Source: Candidatus Melainabacteria bacterium (GTDB taxonomy: Bacteria; Cyanobacteriota; Vampirovibrionia; 2-02-FULL-35-15). Taken from it: DNA of 64,000 nt. Of this stretch, positions 56,697 to 64,000 are shown piece by piece. A program made the position numbers and the translations under genes. Position 1 is the stretch's first letter; the number at the start of each line of letters is the position of its first letter. Below the pieces are notes generated by a model. That model did not search any database. It was not told where the DNA came from and was given only the letters and a program-made list of their open reading frames with translations. The DNA is taken from assembly GCA_016193285.1 (NCBI GenBank), contig JACPSL010000018.1, forward strand, positions 91,535 to 155,534. Reading direction: 5' to 3'.

Positions 56697-58715
56697 TCAC
56701 GTTTTTGTTTTTGATAATTCTTTTAAAGTGTGCAACTCGTCGCGTAACTTTGCTGCTCTTTCAAAGTCTAATAATAGCGCTGCGTTTTTCATTTGTTGTT
56801 CTACTTTTTTTAATACTCTTGGAAGTTCTTTAAGATCAAGCTTTTCATATGCAAGTTCATCAGCTACTATTTCTTCTATATCTTTGTTTGTGCGCAATGA
56901 TTCAAGTAGTGGATTTGCATGACTTTTAACAATTGTTTTTGGTGTAATATTATGTTCTTTATTAAACTCTGTTTGTAATTTTCTTCTTCGTTCTGTTTCA
57001 TCAATTGCTTTTTTCATTGAGTCTGTAGTTTTATCAGCATAAAAAATTACTTTTCCTGCTGCATTCCTTGCAGCTCTTCCAATCATTTGAATAAGTGCTC
57101 TCTCTGCCCTAAGAAATCCTTCTTTATCAGCATCCATAATACATACAAGAGAAACTTCAGGTAAGTCTAAACCTTCCCGTAAAAGATTTACACCAACCAA
57201 CACATCAAATTCACCTAACCTTAAGTCTCTTAGAATTTCTATTCTGTCTAAAGCAACAATCTCACTATGTAGCCACCGGACTTTTAAATTTGAGCCAGCA
57301 AGATATGCTGTTAAATCTTCAGCCATTCTTTTTGTAAGAGTTGAAATTAGTATTCTTTCTTTTTTTAAAGTCCTGATTTTTATTTCATGAATTAAATCAT
57401 CAATTTGTCCATTAGTTGGTCTTATTTCAATTTCTGGATCAACTAATCCAGTTGGTCTGATAATTTGTTCAACTATTTGCTCACTTATTTTTAATTCATA
57501 ATCTCCTGGTGTTGCACTGACAAAAATTGTTTGTGGAATCCTTGACCAGAATTCATCAGGCTTTAATGGCCTGTTATCCTTTGCACAAGGCAATCTAAAA
57601 CCATATTCAACTAATGTATTTTTCCTGGAAGCATCACCATGATACATTCCTCCAATTTGAGGTATTGTTACATGTGATTCATCAATAAAACATAACCAGC
57701 CATCTTTTCCATATCTTCTATTAAAATAATCAACTAACACTGTTGGCGGCTGACCTGGTTCTCGTCCTTCTAAAATCCTTGAGTAATTTTCTATCCCTGT
57801 GCAGTAACCAACTTCTTTTAACATTTCAAGATCAAACTTTGTTCTTTGCCAGAGTCTTGCTGCTTCGAGATCCTTTCCTTGAGATTTCAAATCTTCATAT
57901 CTTTCTTTTAATTCTTCATTAATTTGCTTGCAAGCTGATTCAATACTTTCTTCATCTGCCACATAGTGTTTTGCTGGATAAATTTTAATTTCAGGAATTG
58001 TTGATTTTACTTCTCCAGAAACTGGATCAATCATCGATAGATTTTCTATCTCATCTCCAAAGAAATCTATTCTTAGAATTTCTTCTTCATATATTGGGAA
58101 AATATCAAGTATTTCTCCACGTACTTTAAATTTTCCACGTGTGAATTCTATATCATTTCTTTCATAGTAAATATTTACTAAACCACGAACCAATTTCTCG
58201 CGATTAATTTCTTGTCCTTTTTTAATTTCTATAGCTGAATCATAATACAGCTCTGGGGTTCCAAGCCCATATATGCAGCTAACGGATGCAACTGTTATCA
58301 TGTCATCTCTTTCAAATATTGAGCGTGTTGTGGAGTGGCGAAGTCTGTCAATCTCATCATTTACACTTGCAACTTTTTCTATATAAGTATCTGTTTGAGG
58401 GATATATGACTCAGGCTGATAATAGTCATAGTAACTTATAAAATACTCAACTGCATTATTAGGAAGAAATTCTCTAAACTCGTTACAAAGTTGTGCTGCA
58501 AGAGTTTTATTGTGAGCAATTACAAGTGCAGGCTTTTGAACTTTTGCAATTATATTTGCAACTGTAAAAGTTTTTCCAGAGCCAGTTACACCAAGTAATG
58601 TTTGATACTTACAACCTTTTTTAATTCCTTCTTCTAGTTCTTTAATGGCCTTTGGTTGATCACCAGCTGGCTTAAAAGGAGCCACGATCTCAAATCTTGA
58701 AGTCTTAGTTGTCAT
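56697..58715 (-). CDS. uvrB: excinuclease ABC subunit B
   Basis: GDQPKAI, GVTGSGKT, YYDYYQPE, DESH, NLLREGLD; ATG 58715 or TTG 58721. Confidence 0.97.
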   Translation of the reverse strand: MTTKTSRFEIVAPFKPAGDQPKAIKELEEGIKKGCKYQTLLGVTGSGKTFTVANIIAKVQKPALVIAHNKTLAAQLCNEFREFLPNNAVEYFISYYDYYQPESYIPQTDTYIEKVASVNDEIDRLRHSTTRSIFERDDMITVASVSCIYGLGTPELYYDSAIEIKKGQEINREKLVRGLVNIYYERNDIEFTRGKFKVRGEILDIFPIYEEEILRIDFFGDEIENLSMIDPVSGEVKSTIPEIKIYPAKHYVADEESIESACKQINEELKERYEDLKSQGKDLEAARLWQRTKFDLEMLKEVGYCTGIENYSRILEGREPGQPPTVLVDYFNRRYGKDGWLCFIDESHVTIPQIGGMYHGDASRKNTLVEYGFRLPCAKDNRPLKPDEFWSRIPQTIFVSATPGDYELKISEQIVEQIIRPTGLVDPEIEIRPTNGQIDDLIHEIKIRTLKKERILISTLTKRMAEDLTAYLAGSNLKVRWLHSEIVALDRIEILRDLRLGEFDVLVGVNLLREGLDLPEVSLVCIMDADKEGFLRAERALIQMIGRAARNAAGKVIFYADKTTDSMKKAIDETERRRKLQTEFNKEHNITPKTIVKSHANPLLESLRTNKDIEEIVADELAYEKLDLKELPRVLKKVEQQMKNAALLLDFERAAKLRDELHTLKELSKTKT

Positions 58716-58776
58716 AATCAATATAATATTACCCTGAGAAAAGATGAGGGATGAGTGATAAGGTAATATATTACAT

Positions 58777-59700
58777 ATGCCAATTGAAACAAAACCATTA
58801 TCTGAAGCTACATGTAGAGAAGATCTTAAAAAGGTTTGTAACTTGGCCTACAAAAGAGGTTTAGTTTCTGGAATGGAAGGTAATTTTTCTTTAAAAATTA
58901 ACAATGAATTAATTTTAGTTACTCCAAGAAATACTCATAAAGGACTTATTGAAGTATCTGATTTTGTAGTTGTTGACATGAATGGAAACATTATTTCCAA
59001 TGGTAGTAGAGAACTAACTAGTGAACTATCTTTACATCTTGAAGCATATAAGAAGAGAACAGATATCAAAGCAGTTGTTCATGCTCATCCACCTGCTACA
59101 GTTTCTTTTTCAGTTGCTGGTATAGATTTTAATCAACCAGTCATTCCAGAAACAATTGTCCTTCTTGGAGAAATACCTACTGTTCCTTATAGAGAGCCTG
59201 GAACAAATAAGCTGGGAGAACTAGTTGGAGTTTATATTGAAAAACATGATGCAGTTATTTTAGAAAGGCACGGAGTAGTTACAGTTGGAAAAGATATTTT
59301 TAATGCTTATTGTAAGCTAGAGTCTTTAGAACATGCTGCAAAAATAATGTACTTTGCACATACACTTGGCGATATTAAAACTTTAGATGAAGTAGATGTT
59401 AATGAGCTTATAAAACAAAGACATGAAACTTATGGAAAAGAATTAGAAGACAGGGAAGGTAAAAAACTTTTTCAATCTTCATTACAAACATTTAAACTTA
59501 AAAATCTCTTAAAGAAACTTACAGATGGAAATTCTCCCCTTTTCCAAAGGCTTTTAAATCTATCTAATGAATTAATGCTAGCTACTTTACAACGTACAAA
59601 TTATTCCCAAAAACTAACAAGTGATGAAAAAGAACAGCTTGCAAGAGAACTAACAGCATCCTCCTTAAGTATGATATTAGGACGATTTACAAAGACATGA
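58777..59700 (+). CDS. class II aldolase/adducin family protein with C-terminal extension
   Basis: EGNFS, SELSLH, VVHAHP, RHGVVTVG. Confidence 0.88.
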   Translation: MPIETKPLSEATCREDLKKVCNLAYKRGLVSGMEGNFSLKINNELILVTPRNTHKGLIEVSDFVVVDMNGNIISNGSRELTSELSLHLEAYKKRTDIKAVVHAHPPATVSFSVAGIDFNQPVIPETIVLLGEIPTVPYREPGTNKLGELVGVYIEKHDAVILERHGVVTVGKDIFNAYCKLESLEHAAKIMYFAHTLGDIKTLDEVDVNELIKQRHETYGKELEDREGKKLFQSSLQTFKLKNLLKKLTDGNSPLFQRLLNLSNELMLATLQRTNYSQKLTSDEKEQLARELTASSLSMILGRFTKT

Positions 59701-59723
59701 CATGATAAAATCAAAGTTGAATT

Positions 59724-61031
59724 ATGCTTCTTACAAAAGAATTTCAAGATTTAACTCTTAAAAAGAAAAAGATTGAAAACCCAGCTTTAAAAGATCTTTA
59801 TTTATTTACTGTAAGTCACAAAACAGCTCCAATTCCAATTCGAGAAAAATTTGCTATACCAGAATGTTCCTTAAAAGAAACTTATCAAAATCCTAAAAAA
59901 TATAAATCATTAAAAGCTTTTTTAATTCTTAGTACCTGTAGCAGAACCGAGATTTATTTTGTCTCTGACAATTTAGAACAATCCATTAATGAAATCTACA
60001 TTTTTTTAAATGCTAGTTTAAATATTGAACAAAGGGTTGCTAAGGAATACAGCTCTGTAATTTCTAATATTGAAGTAATTAATCATGCATTTAAGCTAGC
60101 AAGTGGTTTAGATAGTTTAGTAATAGGTGAAAAGCAAATTTTATCTCAAGTAAAAGAAGCTTATTTTTATGCTCAAAAAGAAAAGACATTAAATAAAACA
60201 CTTGAACTTTTATTCCAGAAAATTATTCAGACTGCAAAGGAAGTTCACAAAAATACAAACATTTCAAAAAGTTCACAGTCAATTAGCTCTGCTGCAGTTG
60301 AATTAGCAAATAAGATAGCTGGGCCGCTTAAAACAAAACAAGTGATGGTTTTAGGTGCAGGACGCATGGCAAAACTAGTACTTGAACACATCCTAAAAAT
60401 CAGTGGTTCAAAAGAAACAGTTGTATTGAATAAATCACCTCACAGGATTATAGAATTTCCCTATAAGTATAAAATCGACAGATCAGTCCCTTTTGAAAAT
60501 GTTTATGAAACCATGAATGATGTAGACATTGTAATTGCAGCAACAGGTGCACCTCATTTTATAATTTTTGCAGAGCAGTTTAACAAGGTAAGAAAAAATC
60601 AAAATAAAGAACTTTTTATTTTTGATATATCAATGCCGAGAAATATTGATTCTGAATTTGGGAAACTACCAAATGTTCATCTCTATGATATTGATAGCTT
60701 GCAAACTATTTACAATCAAACAACTACTATAAATATTAAGGATTTAAGTAAGACAGAAGAGATGATCCAAGAAGGAAAAAATAAATTTATTGAGCAGATT
60801 TCAAATCAAAGTGTTCAATTATTAATTAAAGAGCTAAAAGAAAAAGTTGAGAAAATAAGAACAGAAAAACTTATGAAATTTAATAGCAGCAAGTCTACTT
60901 TTACTGCCAAGGAAGTGGAATATATTACAAGGAATATTATTAACAGTATATTCCATACACCAATTACAAATTTAAAAGATTCAACAGGTTCAATAGAGTT
61001 AAAAATAGTAAAAAAATTATTTGATATTTAG
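59724..61031 (+). CDS. hemA: glutamyl-tRNA reductase
   Basis: SHKTAPI..REK, LSTCSRTE, SGLDSLVIGEKQILSQVK, GAGRM, DISMPRNID. Confidence 0.93.
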   Translation: MLLTKEFQDLTLKKKKIENPALKDLYLFTVSHKTAPIPIREKFAIPECSLKETYQNPKKYKSLKAFLILSTCSRTEIYFVSDNLEQSINEIYIFLNASLNIEQRVAKEYSSVISNIEVINHAFKLASGLDSLVIGEKQILSQVKEAYFYAQKEKTLNKTLELLFQKIIQTAKEVHKNTNISKSSQSISSAAVELANKIAGPLKTKQVMVLGAGRMAKLVLEHILKISGSKETVVLNKSPHRIIEFPYKYKIDRSVPFENVYETMNDVDIVIAATGAPHFIIFAEQFNKVRKNQNKELFIFDISMPRNIDSEFGKLPNVHLYDIDSLQTIYNQTTTINIKDLSKTEEMIQEGKNKFIEQISNQSVQLLIKELKEKVEKIRTEKLMKFNSSKSTFTAKEVEYITRNIINSIFHTPITNLKDSTGSIELKIVKKLFDI

Positions 61032-61050
61032 TGTTTCTACCTAGAGACTC

Positions 61051-62013
61051 GTGACTGTAAAATCAAAATTAATAATTGGTACCCGCTCTAGCAAGCTTGC
61101 TTGTTGGCAAGCAAATTATGTAAAAGACAAGCTATTAAGATTTTATCCAGAGCTTGAAATTAATTTAAAAGAAATAAAAACAAAAGGTGATCATATTACT
61201 GATGTTGCTCTTTCAAAAGTTGGTGGGAAAGGATTTTTTACAAAAGAAATTGAAGATGCACTTCTTAAAAAAGAAATTGATTTAGCAGTGCATAGCTTAA
61301 AAGATCTGCCAACAAAATTACCAAGCGGACTAAAAATAGGAGCCGTATTAAAAAGAGAGAGTCCACATGATGTATTGATTACAAGGGGTCTGACCCCATT
61401 AAGGGGTCTGCCCCCTTGGGCAAAAATAGGTACTTCAAGCCTTCGTAGAATTGCTCAACTAAAGGCGTTGCGACCTGATTTGGAGTACATTGACCTTCGT
61501 GGAAATCTCGATACAAGGATTAGAAAGCTTGAAGAAGGAAAACATGATGGAATAGTCCTAGCTTACAGCGGGGTAAAACGATTAGGTTTTGAAAACAAGA
61601 TTACTGAACATTTTAACCCAAAAGAAATTTTGCCTGCTATTGGACAAGGAGCACTAGCAATTGAAATCAGAGAAGAAAGAGTAGTAGAAGAACTAATTTC
61701 TAAACTCAATGATCAAGAAACATATTTAAGTTCAATTGTAGAGCGAGCATTTTTAGAAACCTTGCAAGGTGGTTGTCAAGTACCGATTGGCGCTTATTCA
61801 GAAATTGCAAATAATAAAATTACTTTATATGGAATGATTGCAAGTCTGGATGGAAAAAAAATAGTCAAAGACCATAGACTAGAGACCATAGACTATAGAC
61901 TAGAACTAAGAGAACAAAATATAGAGGGTTGTTATAGACTTGGGAAAGAATTAGCAGAAAGGTTACTGCAATTAGGTGGAAAAGAAATTCTTCAAGAGAT
62001 TGTAAGGGTGTGA
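61051..62013 (+). CDS. hemC: hydroxymethylbilane synthase
   Basis: GTRSSKLA, GKGFFTKE, VHSLKDLP, GTSSLRR, GGCQVPIG. Confidence 0.97.
   Translation: MTVKSKLIIGTRSSKLACWQANYVKDKLLRFYPELEINLKEIKTKGDHITDVALSKVGGKGFFTKEIEDALLKKEIDLAVHSLKDLPTKLPSGLKIGAVLKRESPHDVLITRGLTPLRGLPPWAKIGTSSLRRIAQLKALRPDLEYIDLRGNLDTRIRKLEEGKHDGIVLAYSGVKRLGFENKITEHFNPKEILPAIGQGALAIEIREERVVEELISKLNDQETYLSSIVERAFLETLQGGCQVPIGAYSEIANNKITLYGMIASLDGKKIVKDHRLETIDYRLELREQNIEGCYRLGKELAERLLQLGGKEILQEIVRV
61382..61418 (+). repeat. tandem pair of GGGGTCTGACCCC palindromes in frame within hemC
   Basis: caaGGGGTCTGACCCCattaaGGGGTCTGCCCCCttg. Confidence 0.75.
61869..61903 (+). repeat. heptamer tandem array in frame within hemC
   Basis: agaccat agactag agaccat agactat agactag. 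Confidence 0.85.
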
Positions 62014-62025
62014 TATTGTAGTTAT

Positions 62026-63588
62026 ATGGAACATGGAAAACAAAACAATTCTATTGTATACATTACAGGTGCAGGTCCCGGGGATCCTGGCTTACTAACA
62101 TTAAAGGCTAAAGAAATTATTGAAAGAGCAGATGTTATTGCTTATGATAACTTAGTTTCAAAAGAAATCTTAGAACTTGCCTTGTTTTTAAATAAGGGTG
62201 TAAAAATTGTTTACGTAGGCAAGGTTGGTTATAAGCAAGAAGAGTCAGTTAATCAAGAAAAAATAAATAATCTTTTACTTGAGCTATCTAAGGATTACAA
62301 AATTATTTGCCGTTTAAAAGGTGGCGATCCAAACGTTTTTGGTCGTGGTGGCGAAGAAGCATTGTTCTTAAAGAAAAACAATATAAATTTTGAATTTATT
62401 CCAGGAGTGTCTAGTATTTCTGCTGTTCCTGCTTATAGTGGAATACCTTTAACTCATAGGGATTGTAGTAGCTCTTTTACTGTCATATCTGCTCATGAAG
62501 ATCCATTTGATTTAAATAATTCAATTAACTGGAAAGACTTTGAAGTTGTTAACAATACTCTTGTACTTTTAATGGGGGTTAAGAATCTGCCTAAGATAGC
62601 TGAAAAACTAGTTTCTTTAGGACGTTCTAAAGATACTCCTGTTGCAATAATTTATTGGGGTACGACAAATAAGCAAAAATCAGTTCTTACTACTTTGCAA
62701 GATGTTTCTTATAACATAAAAAGGTATGAGGTTAAAGCCCCTTCAGTGATTATAATTGGTAAGGTAGTTAATTATAAAAGTATATTAGACTGGTTTGAGA
62801 CAAAAACATTGTTTGGGAAAAAGATTTTAATTACAAGATCAAAAGAGCAATCTTTTTCTTTTGTTTCCAAACTACTTGATATGGGCACAAAGCCAATTAA
62901 TTGTCCTATTGTTAGTTATGAAATTGTTGAGAAAGAAATTTACAACAAAAATATTATAAATAATTTGTCAAAGTTTAATTGGATATTTTTTACAAGTCAA
63001 AATGCAGTAAGGTATTTTTTTGAAATTTTAAATAAGAATTATTTTGATTCTAGAGTTCTTGCAAATAATGAAATAGCTGCTGTTGGTTATAAAACAAAAT
63101 TAGAATTAGAGAAACATAATATTAAGCCAGACTTTGTACCAAAGAGGTTTTCATTTGATGATTTAATTAATGAATTATCAGAAAGAATAAATTTAAAAGA
63201 TAAAAAGATTTTACATCCAACGCAGGTAGAGACGTTGCGTGCAACGTCTCTACAGATAACCCATTGGCCAATTTACGAGGCAAATTTTGTAAATGAGTTA
63301 GACCAAGAAATAATAAATCAAATTAAAGAAGGGATAGACGTTATTACTTTTTTTAGTTCAAGTACAGCAAGACATTTTGCAAAATTAATTGAAAAATATG
63401 ATGTAGAGATACGATTAATCGCGTCTCTAACAGCAACAATTGGGGATAAAACCTCAGATACAGTCAAACAATTATTTGGTAAAGTTGATATTATTGCAGA
63501 TCCTTTTACAGAAGATGGTTTAATTAATTCAATGGAAAAATATTATGCAAGATCAAATTCTAAAATCAAGACCAAGACGACTGCGTAA
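62026..63588 (+). CDS. cobA: uroporphyrinogen-III C-methyltransferase / uroporphyrinogen-III synthase fusion (CobA-HemD)
   Basis: GAGPGDPGLLT, RLKGGDPNVFGRGGEE; HemD part ILITRS, FTSQNAV, FFSSSTA. Confidence 0.93.
   Translation: MEHGKQNNSIVYITGAGPGDPGLLTLKAKEIIERADVIAYDNLVSKEILELALFLNKGVKIVYVGKVGYKQEESVNQEKINNLLLELSKDYKIICRLKGGDPNVFGRGGEEALFLKKNNINFEFIPGVSSISAVPAYSGIPLTHRDCSSSFTVISAHEDPFDLNNSINWKDFEVVNNTLVLLMGVKNLPKIAEKLVSLGRSKDTPVAIIYWGTTNKQKSVLTTLQDVSYNIKRYEVKAPSVIIIGKVVNYKSILDWFETKTLFGKKILITRSKEQSFSFVSKLLDMGTKPINCPIVSYEIVEKEIYNKNIINNLSKFNWIFFTSQNAVRYFFEILNKNYFDSRVLANNEIAAVGYKTKLELEKHNIKPDFVPKRFSFDDLINELSERINLKDKKILHPTQVETLRATSLQITHWPIYEANFVNELDQEIINQIKEGIDVITFFSSSTARHFAKLIEKYDVEIRLIASLTATIGDKTSDTVKQLFGKVDIIADPFTEDGLINSMEKYYARSNSKIKTKTTA
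63226..63253. repeat. REP-like perfect palindrome in frame within the HemD domain
   Basis: GTAGAGACGTTGC-GT-GCAACGTCTCTAC. Confidence 0.9.
63403..63431. repeat. degenerate REP-like palindrome in frame within the HemD domain
   Basis: GTAGAGATACGATTAATCGCGTCTCTAAC. Confidence 0.8.
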
Positions 63589-64000
63589 AAGTGAGGTAAT
63601 TAGAAACCTTGTTCAGGAGACAATTTTATCTCCAGTACAATTCATAGCCCCAGTCTTTATTCATGAAGGCAATGAGCCTGAAATTAAAATAAATTCTATG
63701 CCGGGGATTTATCAATTTTCTGTAGACAGAACCTTGAAATATGTAGAAGAACTTTTAGAAAATAAAATTAAATCAATAATTATTTTTGGCATACCAAGAA
63801 ATAAAGATAACCAAGCTTCATCTGCTTGGAATGAAAATGGAGTAGTCCAAAAGGCAAATAAAAAAATTAAAGAACACTTTCCAGAAATCTTACTTGTAAA
63901 TGATACTTGTCTTTGTGAATATATGGAGCATGGACATTGTGGAGTTGTAGAGACGCGGTTAACCACGTCTCTACAGAATATAACAATTTCAAATGATCTT
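63545..64000 (+). CDS. hemB: porphobilinogen synthase, truncated by the window end
   Basis: Hand-translated MQDQILKSRPRRLRKSEVIRNLVQET...SMPGIYQFS...DTCLCEYMEHGHCG. Confidence 0.95.
   Translation, partial: MQDQILKSRPRRLRKSEVIRNLVQETILSPVQFIAPVFIHEGNEPEIKINSMPGIYQFSVDRTLKYVEELLENKIKSIIIFGIPRNKDNQASSAWNENGVVQKANKKIKEHFPEILLVNDTCLCEYMEHGHCGVVETRLTTSLQNITISNDL
63946..63975. repeat. REP-like palindrome in frame within hemB
   Basis: TGTAGAGACGCGGTTAACCACGTCTCTACA. Confidence 0.88.

Overview
AT-rich (roughly 30% GC by eye) chromosomal window. Gene content points to a non-photosynthetic cyanobacterial relative (Candidatus Melainabacteria/Vampirovibrionia); this is inferred from the cyanobacterial-type ndhA-I-G-E block, a c6-like cytochrome and the absence of photosystem genes in this window. 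Housekeeping genes include tatA, cbs/cgl, gmd-fcl, serA, rplI, tmk, infC, ispH, ilvD, ilvE, PBP1A, rlmB, lipA, uvrB and hemA-hemC-cobA/hemD-hemB, plus three tRNAs (Val-CAC, Thr-TGT, His-GTG). There are two surface-appendage loci. The first is a split, convergent Tad locus (12.2-21.8 kb) headed by a six-cysteine secreted mini-protein. The second, and the best candidate for an undescribed system, is a divergent chaperone-usher-like pilus locus (30.6-37.7 kb): five paralogous pilin-like subunits, an usher-like barrel protein and a PapD-like chaperone. It carries a sigma-28-type promoter and a perfect 21-nt complementarity between the 5' leaders of two pilin genes. The window also contains many tiny repeats (GTAG-type REP palindromes, heptamer and octamer arrays), many sitting in frame inside conserved enzymes, and a probable serine-recombinase remnant abutting tRNA-His. 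All family assignments come from motif recognition by eye; no searches were run.
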